From positions 1-64,000 of IMG/VR virus record IMGVR_UViG_3300035703_000053: DNA of 64,000 nucleotides, one strand, 5' to 3'. Below are positions 56,743-64,000 of this stretch, piece by piece. Position 1 is the stretch's first letter. Each line of letters begins with the position of its first letter. Position numbers and translations under genes: made by a program. This DNA comes from a virus. A model generated the notes under the pieces. The model had not been told where the DNA came from. It saw only the letters and a program-made list of their open reading frames with translations, and did not search any database.

Positions 56743-56813
56743 TTCTGTACTTAACCTTCCGTTGATATGAATTCGTATCGGCGGTAGGTTTTCTACAGGA
56801 CTCAACATCCTGT
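56743..56813 (+). ncRNA. Family R long hairpin with alternative fold, copy 2
   Basis: UUCUGUA/UACAGGA, loop CUU/UUC, AACCU/AGGUU plus extended stem; downstream UCCUGU. Confidence 0.65.
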
Positions 56814-56856
56814 CACCAGTACATACGTACTACCAATCCAATTCAACACAACGGTC

Positions 56857-57276
56857 ATGTTTAGCAACACCATTATCGGTCGCGTTGTTTACATGGAGCC
56901 TGCCGTGCATGAAGGTAGGGAATTCCTGGCTATCAAGCTGGCAGTATCCGATATCTCTGGCAACGAGATCCGTATTAAATTCAACAACTCGAACGGGTTG
57001 TTTACTGCGTACAAGAATGGCACACTCGTTATTGGTCACCAGCTAATCCTTACTCAGTTCGACGTTCGTCTTAATAGCATTCGTACGCATTACCTCAAAG
57101 ATGGCCTGCTTCATCAGCTGAGGTATCCGGAGATTGCACTGACGAAGGTCAGAGCTTTTATGGGTTCAGCTCCAAGGCAGAAGGCAGAAGTGCCTCATGC
57201 CTACACCGATAACCAACAGGTGGAAGAGCTGACACCATACGGTGGCGAACCAACGCTAGAGACTGTACCGTTCTGA
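56857..57276 (+). CDS. Divergent SSB-like OB-fold protein
   Basis: TIIGRV......GREFL...LAV OB-fold pattern; acidic tail ending ETVPF. Confidence 0.5.
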   Translation: MFSNTIIGRVVYMEPAVHEGREFLAIKLAVSDISGNEIRIKFNNSNGLFTAYKNGTLVIGHQLILTQFDVRLNSIRTHYLKDGLLHQLRYPEIALTKVRAFMGSAPRQKAEVPHAYTDNQQVEELTPYGGEPTLETVPF

Positions 57277-57277
57277 A

Positions 57278-57345
57278 GTCTGCACTTAACCCTTCTGTCG
57301 AGAGACAGTGGGTTTTCTGCAGACATCTCACCGCAGGTGTCTGTA
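57278..57345 (+). ncRNA. Family R long hairpin with alternative fold, copy 3
   Basis: GUCUGCA/UGCAGAC, loop CUU/UUC, AACCC/GGGUU, CUGUC-GAGA-GACAG; downstream AGGUGUCUGUA. Confidence 0.65.
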
Positions 57346-57364
57346 CTATCCATCAGCTCAACTT

Positions 57365-57568
57365 ATGAAACATGTAATCAAGCTCAAGCCTAAACACTAT
57401 GTTCACCTCGATTCTTACGGTGAGTCTCATGAGACTCGCGGTAGTGAGGTGATTGTCCTGGCCTTGGGTATACTCATCAGTGCACTCACCGTAGGTGCAT
57501 TACTTGGCACTGATATTACTCAACCTACTCAACAGAACCATGGCAATTCACATCGCACTGATCGTTGA
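57365..57568 (+). CDS. Early membrane protein
   Basis: VIVLALGILISALTVGALLG TM segment. Confidence 0.55.
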   Translation: MKHVIKLKPKHYVHLDSYGESHETRGSEVIVLALGILISALTVGALLGTDITQPTQQNHGNSHRTDR

Positions 57569-57767
57569 TGCTACTGGCCGCTATGCCCATGTTTGGGGAG
57601 AAGCTTCAAGTTGGGATGACTTCATTGACCAACTTGAAGAACTAGGCGCAGAAGTAATTGAAGAACAAACTTCTGATTGGGAAGGTTATACCAAGGAAGA
57701 GATAGATGAAGATTGTATTTCAATTGGTAAGTTATTAATTGATACAGACTTTGTACCTTATGAATAG
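57540..57767 (+). CDS. Early acidic hypothetical protein
   Basis: MAIHIALIVDATGRY... Confidence 0.6.
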   Translation: MAIHIALIVDATGRYAHVWGEASSWDDFIDQLEELGAEVIEEQTSDWEGYTKEEIDEDCISIGKLLIDTDFVPYE

Positions 57768-57807
57768 GCCACCCATAACTGGAGTGGAATGACTCCAGAT
57801 TTGAGTA

Positions 57808-57856
57808 GGCTCCCCCTGGCCCCCGGCCAACAGCCAGCACCAGGGATATGGCTGTT
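57808..57856. repeat. Family Q C-tract + hairpin element, copy 1
   Basis: GGCTCCCCCTGGCCCCCGGC then AACAGCCA-(GCACCAGGGATA)-TGGCTGTT. Confidence 0.5.
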
Positions 57857-57922
57857 TAGTGTTTGACTTTACTTTATTAAGTATTTGAGTATTTGAAGTT
57901 TATTCAATTTACTTATATGGAT

Positions 57923-57949
57923 GGACCTGAGCATGTCCTTAAACTGCTC
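57923..57949 (+). ncRNA. Family K 27-nt pseudoknot, copy 1
   Basis: GGAC-CU-GAGCA-U-GUCC-UUAAAC-UGCUC. Confidence 0.7.
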
Positions 57950-57972
57950 AGCAAACTTATCTATTACACACC

Positions 57973-58245
57973 ATGACTACACTTGAAGATTTTGCACAAG
58001 AAAACGCTATATATCCTTGGCTTGCCAATGATTGTATGGCGGATAATGCTTTAGATCAGAACTACAACGCTGACTTGCTTGATTCCATGGCTGACATGGC
58101 CTACGAACAAGAGCAAGCCATGCGTGAATCAAATGAAGATGACTGGACCCTTGTAGATCGAACCGATGGAATTGTATCGGTAGATCTACTTAATGGCTAT
58201 GTAAACTTATTTGAAGACATTATCCATGATGACGAAACACACTGA
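57973..58245 (+). CDS. Early acidic hypothetical protein
   Basis: 90-aa D/E-rich ORF. Confidence 0.6.
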   Translation: MTTLEDFAQENAIYPWLANDCMADNALDQNYNADLLDSMADMAYEQEQAMRESNEDDWTLVDRTDGIVSVDLLNGYVNLFEDIIHDDETH

Positions 58246-58252
58246 TCCCACA

Positions 58253-58624
58253 ATGGATGACATAATTATTGTCATCCTTGCAATCATTTCAATCATCATT
58301 ACTGAACTAATCTCATGCTTCACCCCATCACTCAAGAAATCGCTGCAACCTTCGGGTACCAACCCTTCGACTCAGAAGAAGGTCAGCAGCAGTACCAAGC
58401 AGAGTGCGACTTCCAGAACGCACCAAAGGGAGCAATCCCCTGCACTGGTAACGTCTACAGAAACAAGCAGGGAGTCCTGCGTTGTTACTGGATTCCAGCC
58501 GGAGGTAACTACTCGGCCCAAGACAAGGAGGAACTCGAAGGCTGGTACGACATCCCAAGCAACGAAGATATCGAGGAGTGGGTGTTCGACAGCATCTGTT
58601 TCACACCAGCAGATGATGAAGTAG
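58253..58624 (+). CDS. Possible TM-anchored S/T-rich protein overlapping the next gene
   Basis: MDDIIIVILAIISIIITELISC then S/T/K-rich tail. Confidence 0.35.
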   Translation: MDDIIIVILAIISIIITELISCFTPSLKKSLQPSGTNPSTQKKVSSSTKQSATSRTHQREQSPALVTSTETSRESCVVTGFQPEVTTRPKTRRNSKAGTTSQATKISRSGCSTASVSHQQMMK

Positions 58625-58671
58625 AACCAGACCACCCTGATAGCTGGCTCTCAATCCTTGGATTGATTTAA
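58315..58671 (+). CDS. Early hypothetical protein
   Basis: EEWVFDSIC.TP.DDEVEPDHPDSWLSILGLI C-terminal motif seen in phage proteins. Confidence 0.65.
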   Translation: MLHPITQEIAATFGYQPFDSEEGQQQYQAECDFQNAPKGAIPCTGNVYRNKQGVLRCYWIPAGGNYSAQDKEELEGWYDIPSNEDIEEWVFDSICFTPADDEVEPDHPDSWLSILGLI

Positions 58672-58761
58672 CCTATGTCATATAACGCAAGTGTAATGAT
58701 GACATATGCCATTCGCGAATAGCGAATATGTAAGTACCAGGGGTATTGCCAGATAACCACT

Positions 58762-58807
58762 GGCCTACCCCCTGCACCCCCGGCAGAAGTACCAGGAGAT
58801 AACTTCT
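58762..58807. repeat. Family Q C-tract + hairpin element, copy 2
   Basis: GGCCTACCCCCTGCACCCCCGGC then AGAAGT-(ACCAGGAGATA)-ACTTCT. Confidence 0.5.
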
Positions 58808-58840
58808 ATTAGTAAATAACCTAACCAATGCATTAAGCCA

Positions 58841-59173
58841 ATGGCACAAACCAAATCATCTCAACGTAAACAACAACCATCTCCTGATTACCCTCAAGGT
58901 AAGCACACAGTTACATTCACAGACATAGATGAAGAAGATTGGTGGTTAATCACAAACTTATTCAAAGGACGTATTGATTACTTTAATCAACGTTTACAAG
59001 AAATTCAACATTCTAAAGATCCGGATTTAATACGGAGAAACACAGAGTGGCTAGAAGAAACAATAGAACGTTTGGAGATTAGACTACATCAGTTCGAAGA
59101 TCAGATCAGTCCTACATACTTTAAGCGTAAGCGTGCAGAACATGCCGCTCGCATAAAGCAACCAAACATTTAA
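58841..59173 (+). CDS. Early hypothetical protein
   Basis: 110-aa ORF. Confidence 0.6.
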   Translation: MAQTKSSQRKQQPSPDYPQGKHTVTFTDIDEEDWWLITNLFKGRIDYFNQRLQEIQHSKDPDLIRRNTEWLEETIERLEIRLHQFEDQISPTYFKRKRAEHAARIKQPNI

Positions 59174-59244
59174 ACACTGGGCATTCATGTATATACATGT
59201 TGTAAGTCCCAGGGGGTTTAGAAATTACTCAACACACTCTTGTC

Positions 59245-59571
59245 ATGACAAACAAAGTCTTGAAGTTTGAACCAACCATCTATAAGAAATCAGATGGTAC
59301 AGAGGTTGTATTCCAAGTCAATGATTCCACACGCATTGACATGATCATTACAGAACTACAAGCTATCTATGCACGTGAACAGAAACGTGACTTGATGGCA
59401 CTGCACCTTCCATATGAAGCACCTGAGCTGCTGCTGGAAGCCATTGGTCTGCTTGAGAAAGCAACTGAGTGGGGTGAACCAACAGACGATGATCTATGTG
59501 GTGAGCCACCAGTGACCATGGCTGAGATGCACTCAGCTGCATGGAAGGAACATCAAGAAGCACACCGGTAA
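59245..59571 (+). CDS. Early hypothetical protein
   Basis: 108-aa ORF (GEPPVTMAEMH..AW). Confidence 0.6.
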   Translation: MTNKVLKFEPTIYKKSDGTEVVFQVNDSTRIDMIITELQAIYAREQKRDLMALHLPYEAPELLLEAIGLLEKATEWGEPTDDDLCGEPPVTMAEMHSAAWKEHQEAHR

Positions 59572-59681
59572 CCATTCACATACCGCAAGGTTAAGAACTG
59601 GTTAACACAGTGGTCATGGCTTGACACCACCCGGTAGACTGGCCGTGACCACACACTCAACCTCTACAAAACCTACATTAA

Positions 59682-59885
59682 ATGTCCGACAAAATCAGCA
59701 TTCCAAACTCAATCAACTCCAACAATCTTGCTGCAATGCAACTTGTAGCCAAGATGAAAGAGTCTGCAGACAAGCATGGTATTGGCTTCATTGGGGGATT
59801 TATATCTCCCGATGGAGAGAAATTTATTATGACGAATATGGATGATGAAGATTCCCAGGCCTTGCTGCCTGAGAATCTTAAGTGA
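59682..59885 (+). CDS. Early hypothetical protein
   Basis: 67-aa ORF. Confidence 0.6.
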   Translation: MSDKISIPNSINSNNLAAMQLVAKMKESADKHGIGFIGGFISPDGEKFIMTNMDDEDSQALLPENLK

Positions 59886-59901
59886 ATCTTAAATTACACA
59901 C

Positions 59902-60207
59902 TTGAAAACAATGGATGATCGTGAAGCAATGATTGATGAAATCATTGATAAATTCAATTTTGAGAAAGTGCACATTGCTATGACTGCACTTGATTGGAAA
60001 TGGAAACCAACAGTTAGTAACACACCAGCTGTTCCATCAATCTCCAGGCTTAAGGAGATGGCTCGTCACTTGTTAAGTGAAGCTATCAACCATAAGGTTG
60101 TAGGTAGCGGAGGTTTCGAAGCTAAGTACATACCTAAGGTTGATAATGATCCAGAGTATTTCCATTTGAAATTCATTCTTTGCGAAGCTGATTCCTACGA
60201 TGACTAA
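59902..60207 (+). CDS. Early hypothetical protein
   Basis: IDEIIDKFNFEKVH..M..LDWKW...GGF; widespread phage family by recollection. Confidence 0.65.
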   Translation: MKTMDDREAMIDEIIDKFNFEKVHIAMTALDWKWKPTVSNTPAVPSISRLKEMARHLLSEAINHKVVGSGGFEAKYIPKVDNDPEYFHLKFILCEADSYDD

Positions 60208-60523
60208 TCAAGAACACAACGGCAACCGTACGTGTATCTCGATGACTGACCTCTCCCCCGCCGCTGCTGCTGTCAGGGCCGCTTACTCGGAAGGCTGCTA
60301 TTTGCTGATGCCGCACCGCAAGCATCAACTGGATGGCATGGCTTGCCCTGGGCTAACCTCCGCCATCCGCGCTATTGCGGATCAGGTGGTGCCAGAGGAA
60401 CCGGAGCCAGATCAATCAGCTATGACGTTTTCAGATTGGAATCTCAAAACTGAAAGCTGGGATGCCCGCATGGCTACTCGCTCCGCGATCCTCGCCATTG
60501 CCTACGAGCTGGAGGCTGTTTGA
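60200..60523 (+). CDS. Hypothetical protein (GC-richer module)
   Basis: MTDLSPAAAAV...AIRAIADQVVPE...ILAIAYELE. Confidence 0.6.
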   Translation: MTNQEHNGNRTCISMTDLSPAAAAVRAAYSEGCYLLMPHRKHQLDGMACPGLTSAIRAIADQVVPEEPEPDQSAMTFSDWNLKTESWDARMATRSAILAIAYELEAV

Positions 60524-60723
60524 TGATTAAACCTAAATCACCCATCAACTTCGATAAAACTATTGCAGGATTTAATATCACGGAACATGGTATCAAATCA
60601 TTTACTAAGTCAATTAAACTTGGTCCGTTACAAGTAACATTTAACGCCAGAGAATCTGGTGTACGTGCATCTGTATCATTACCTGGTACAGGACTATCAC
60701 GTCGTAACATCAAGTTACTTTGA
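60523..60723 (+). CDS. DUF4236-like small protein
   Basis: FTKSIKLGPLQVTFN...GVRASVSLPGTGLS. Confidence 0.6.
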   Translation: MIKPKSPINFDKTIAGFNITEHGIKSFTKSIKLGPLQVTFNARESGVRASVSLPGTGLSRRNIKLL

Positions 60724-60729
60724 TTGACT

Positions 60730-60756
60730 CGTCCTGGGCATGACGTTAAACTGCCT
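60730..60756 (+). ncRNA. Family K 27-nt pseudoknot, copy 2
   Basis: CGUC-CU-GGGCA-U-GACG-UUAAAC-UGCCU. Confidence 0.7.
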
Positions 60757-60778
60757 ATGTTCACTCAACTTAAATCAC

Positions 60779-60955
60779 ATGGAACCAGGACTTACTTTCT
60801 TTGACAGGCTGTCAATTGCGAATTGCGCCAAGCAACGAGCAGAACAGAACTGTTGCGACAGACGTCGTTTTACCGACGAGTTTTTCACTGCGCGCATGTG
60901 GGCTCGCTATCGGTGCTACATCACACGTGAGATTCAATTCGTGGAGCCTGATTGA
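60779..60955 (+). CDS. Early hypothetical protein
   Basis: MEPGLTFFDRLSIANC... Confidence 0.5.
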   Translation: MEPGLTFFDRLSIANCAKQRAEQNCCDRRRFTDEFFTARMWARYRCYITREIQFVEPD

Positions 60956-61203
60956 TGTCTGTACTTGCAGTCGAACACACTACTATTGATGGTAACGATG
61001 TTACTGTTACAGCAGTTGTTGATGAGATGCGTTTGCTTTATCGAGCAACACATCTTGATCCTGAAGAGTATGCTCCTGCATTGTGCCAGGTATATTTCAC
61101 AGTGGATGAGGGAGAACAAATCCCTACTGACGAAGATGGCTTCTGTCAGTATCTTGATTCACTCAATCTTGACTGGCAACTACTCCCTATAGAGAACGAC
61201 TGA
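60955..61203 (+). CDS. Early acidic hypothetical protein
   Basis: TGATG-coupled ORF. Confidence 0.6.
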   Translation: MSVLAVEHTTIDGNDVTVTAVVDEMRLLYRATHLDPEEYAPALCQVYFTVDEGEQIPTDEDGFCQYLDSLNLDWQLLPIEND

Positions 61204-61433
61204 TGATTGGATTATCAATTGAATTCAAACGCTGGTACATTGTTATCAGGGGCCCCAAGGGTAGAATTTATTTGGCCACTGGATTTGCCAGAAGCATGCC
61301 TGTGTTTATGCCAACAGGTACACTGACTCTTGGCGACCATATAGATGACAGTCACTCTGCAATCCTTGCAGATGAATGGAGAGAAGATGAAACGGATGAG
61401 GAACTGTTACAACAGTTAAAGGACATCCGTTGA
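61203..61433 (+). CDS. Early hypothetical protein
   Basis: TGATG-coupled ORF. Confidence 0.55.
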   Translation: MIGLSIEFKRWYIVIRGPKGRIYLATGFARSMPVFMPTGTLTLGDHIDDSHSAILADEWREDETDEELLQQLKDIR

Positions 61434-61438
61434 TCACA

Positions 61439-61465
61439 CGTCCTGGACATGACGTTAAACTGTCC
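61439..61465 (+). ncRNA. Family K 27-nt pseudoknot, copy 3
   Basis: CGUC-CU-GGACA-U-GACG-UUAAAC-UGUCC. Confidence 0.7.
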
Positions 61466-61495
61466 GCTACACTACGAACTTACTTCGAACTCACC

Positions 61496-63175
61496 ATGGA
61501 ATTTCAACTGCCATCTAACCTCAAGACTGAGCTAATCCCTTATGATGCCACGCTTAAGCAGCTGGCTAAACTTACCAAACAACCTGGTACTAAAGCAGCT
61601 AAGCCTAAGTACCCACTTGGTAATGTTAACGATTTAATTCCTGAAGACATTGTTGATCCTGCTGTATTGCAACAAGTTGTTGATCGCATCAACAATGTTT
61701 ATGCACAAGATCGTTGCCATACGTTTAGACCAACAGACGAAGGTGTTAAATCAACAGCTATCTTGTATCACTACGAACAACTGTGGATAGCTGCGTGGCT
61801 ACCACCTGAGGGTGAAGAGAATGTATATGTATATGGATATGCTTATGCATTTAAAGATACAGAATCTGCACGTAAATTAAATCGTGACTTGATTGCTAAT
61901 AATCAAATTGATACATTTAACAAGGTTAGTTACGGTCGCAGTCAATTCTTTGTACGTAAACGTTACGTCACTGTAGATGATATTAAGAATGGTGATGACA
62001 TACGTAATTGGAATCATAAATATATGTCATATGGTAAAGGTATAAACATTCGTCCTACTGTTATTTACTTTGAGAACGCATTGCGTCAAACAATTCCGCA
62101 ATGGCAGGACTCACGTTATATTTTTGAGCGTCTTAAAGATTCATCTATTCTTAATGTGTTGTTTGAAGGTAGGGGACAAGTTGATTCATACTTTAAAGAT
62201 AAGCGTAATAGCTGGTTGCCTAGTGCCAGTGCAGTCATTGATCTGCTTGACAACAATATTATTAACTTATCTCCAGCACCTGCTAATACTATTCGTCACA
62301 TTGTAGATAAACCATTTTTCCGTAAGTGGATTCAACAACAGTGTGATGAAGTGCTAGCTATTTATAACAACAAAGATAATAAATCACGCAAGGCTATTCA
62401 ACGTCCGTGGAACATAATTACTTTATTGTTTAATCGTCTTGCATATGTCAATAGGATTTGGCCTGACTGCCCTATTGATTACTACCAAAATAATATTGAT
62501 ACACTACTGACAATAGACTTTGGTTATTTTTCCAATAGGGCAGTTGATTATTGGCTGAATACATACATGCCAGTTGCTTCATTCTTTAATATTCTTAACA
62601 AGTTTAAAGAACAGAATACTAGTAACGGTTATACAAACAATGAGACAGGTTTGACAATTGCCACTCTATATAATTGGCGTGACACATATCAAATGCTTGG
62701 TCAGATTCTTAGCGCTGACAAAACTATTGAACCACCACGTCGTTGGCGTCTCAATGAATTCCATGATCATGTACAAGCAGAAGCATGGAAAATCCAACAT
62801 CCTAATAGTTCATTGCCCCAGGATTTATTCCCTGCTCCAGTACGTATTACATACAACGAACAGACCTGGTCATTCTTTCAGCCTATTGATACACATCAAC
62901 TATCTAGCTGGGGTCAGGCTGTACGTAACTGCGTTGGTAATGCATCTAGCTATGCAGAAGGTGTACGCAAGAAGAAACACTTTATTGTTCTGTGTATCAT
63001 TGATGGCAAACCAACATTTACTGTGCAGCTCACCGTTGATAACGGCATGATGTCTGTCACGCAGATTGTTGGTACATCTAATGCCAGGCTTAGCTCTGAT
63101 CAGCAAGCTGAATACACAGAAGCCTTCCGCCTTGCCTTGCAAGCACGGGAATCTGAGCTAGGATCAAAGGGTTGA
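61496..63175 (+). CDS. PcfJ-like domain protein
   Basis: WRDTYQM...EFHD...QP....L..WG..VRNCVG..SYA..V...TVQL...QI.G..N C-terminal PcfJ pattern. Confidence 0.7.
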   Translation: MEFQLPSNLKTELIPYDATLKQLAKLTKQPGTKAAKPKYPLGNVNDLIPEDIVDPAVLQQVVDRINNVYAQDRCHTFRPTDEGVKSTAILYHYEQLWIAAWLPPEGEENVYVYGYAYAFKDTESARKLNRDLIANNQIDTFNKVSYGRSQFFVRKRYVTVDDIKNGDDIRNWNHKYMSYGKGINIRPTVIYFENALRQTIPQWQDSRYIFERLKDSSILNVLFEGRGQVDSYFKDKRNSWLPSASAVIDLLDNNIINLSPAPANTIRHIVDKPFFRKWIQQQCDEVLAIYNNKDNKSRKAIQRPWNIITLLFNRLAYVNRIWPDCPIDYYQNNIDTLLTIDFGYFSNRAVDYWLNTYMPVASFFNILNKFKEQNTSNGYTNNETGLTIATLYNWRDTYQMLGQILSADKTIEPPRRWRLNEFHDHVQAEAWKIQHPNSSLPQDLFPAPVRITYNEQTWSFFQPIDTHQLSSWGQAVRNCVGNASSYAEGVRKKKHFIVLCIIDGKPTFTVQLTVDNGMMSVTQIVGTSNARLSSDQQAEYTEAFRLALQARESELGSKG

Positions 63176-63217
63176 AGCCAACAGCCAGCATCCTCGTCAC
63201 TGCTGGCTTTCATTCTT

Positions 63218-63469
63218 ATGTCAGGGTCCATTGCTCCAGGTGCAGACGATGATCAACAGCCACTATCAGTGGAGGATCAACGGCTGCTTGCAATGGCCCT
63301 GGCCAACCTTGGTCAATACATTCATGACAACTCACCACACTATGAGTTGATTGAAGATCCAAGGAACGATGATGACTATGACACCTGGGAGGTGGGTATG
63401 GAACCACTACCAGGTGATCATACTTGGCGGTCTAATTCCATAGACGTAAGTCCAAGTAACGGGGTGTGA
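63218..63469 (+). CDS. Acidic hypothetical protein; stop lies inside the tRNA
   Basis: 83-aa ORF ending at TGA 63467-63469. Confidence 0.5.
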   Translation: MSGSIAPGADDDQQPLSVEDQRLLAMALANLGQYIHDNSPHYELIEDPRNDDDYDTWEVGMEPLPGDHTWRSNSIDVSPSNGV

Positions 63470-63545
63470 TGAAATTAGAAACCATGACTGACTTAAAATC
63501 AGTTGGCCTTTGGCCTTGCAGGTGCAAGTCCTGTCACCCCGACCA
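63460..63545 (+). tRNA. trnL: tRNA-Leu (anticodon UAA), intronless, CCA encoded
   Basis: Acceptor CGGGGUG/CACCCCG + A-CCA; anticodon arm ACUGA-CUUAAAA-UCAGU; long variable arm GGCC-UUU-GGCC; T-arm GCAGG-UGCAAGU-CCUGU. Confidence 0.88.
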
Positions 63546-63566
63546 CTTACATACTTAACTCAAACC

Positions 63567-63929
63567 ATGAACATCTTTGCTTGTTTCAAACACATTGTTC
63601 CAGAGTTCCATGCATACAGTGATGAAGACAAACGCTACAACATCGGTGCTACATGGACTGGGCAAGATGGTTTGCATGACTATCATAATATTGAATTGAA
63701 GTATGTCCATAACTCTGAGCGTCTTGCGCTTCAGGGTGATCCACAACCTGATGGTAGCTGGAAGTATGTAGAACCCAATGGCAATGTCCATATCATTAGC
63801 GCTGAGCGTGCCAAGCATTTCATGGAAGCTACGCAACACAACGCAACAATCATGTGCAACATGCTTGACCGCCTCAGAGACTTAGGTGTGACTGGTGAGA
63901 CACTGGACACCAGTGCTGAACCCGTCTAG
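63567..63929 (+). CDS. Early hypothetical protein
   Basis: MNIFACFKHIVPEF...; starts 21 nt after the tRNA CCA. Confidence 0.6.
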   Translation: MNIFACFKHIVPEFHAYSDEDKRYNIGATWTGQDGLHDYHNIELKYVHNSERLALQGDPQPDGSWKYVEPNGNVHIISAERAKHFMEATQHNATIMCNMLDRLRDLGVTGETLDTSAEPV

Positions 63930-63947
63930 TATTCATGTGGAATGTTC

Positions 63948-63973
63948 AGGCCCCGGTGCAAGCCGGGGTCTTT
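63948..63973 (+). terminator. GC hairpin, terminator-like, with UGCAAG loop
   Basis: AGGCCCCGG-TGCAAG-CCGGGGTCT followed by TTC. Confidence 0.45.
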
Positions 63974-64000
63974 CTCTATGACACAACCCAACTTAAAACC

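Noticed and set aside
55057-57345. CRISPR array
   Set aside because: The repeats vary in sequence, the intervening DNA consists of whole genes of unequal length, and there is no cas operon.

Overview
A 64-kb piece of a double-stranded DNA cyanophage genome, probably infecting a freshwater Synechococcus/Cyanobium-type host (inferred from hli, nblA-like, speD and typical cyanophage tail-fibre modules). Layout: 1-4.6 kb holds a partial tail/fibre gene, small basic proteins, a methyltransferase and hli (minus strand). 4.6-10.2 kb is a replication/modification operon (PD-(D/E)xK nuclease, AEP primase-SF3 helicase, SpeD, GT4 glycosyltransferase), followed by a non-coding ~70-bp inverted-repeat region (candidate origin). 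13-53.8 kb is mostly minus-strand lysis, tail, head and packaging genes (endolysin, fibres, capsid, scaffold, portal, TerL, probable TerS, internal virion proteins). From 54.4 kb there is a plus-strand array of small early-type genes ending near an intronless tRNA-Leu(UAA). Two things stand out. (1) The major capsid gene is split by a complete 993-nt group I intron with exactly placeable splice sites and a LAGLIDADG homing endonuclease. (2) Many gene junctions in the early array carry a small structured-RNA cassette, often starting at or just after the upstream stop codon. There are four tRNA-elbow mimics (5+7 bp stack with T-loop), three of them followed by a pseudoknot and one by a hairpin; three RNase III-like long hairpins with a built-in alternative fold; and two families of compact H-type pseudoknots. 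Most families show compensatory base changes. Together they suggest an undescribed 'cut-and-cap' punctuation system that processes a phage polycistron into protected single-gene mRNAs; this function is inference. Other oddities: a circularly permuted M23 peptidase, a lysozyme and an adenine MTase with altered catalytic motifs, and several long same-strand gene overlaps. All calls were made by eye, with no database searches.
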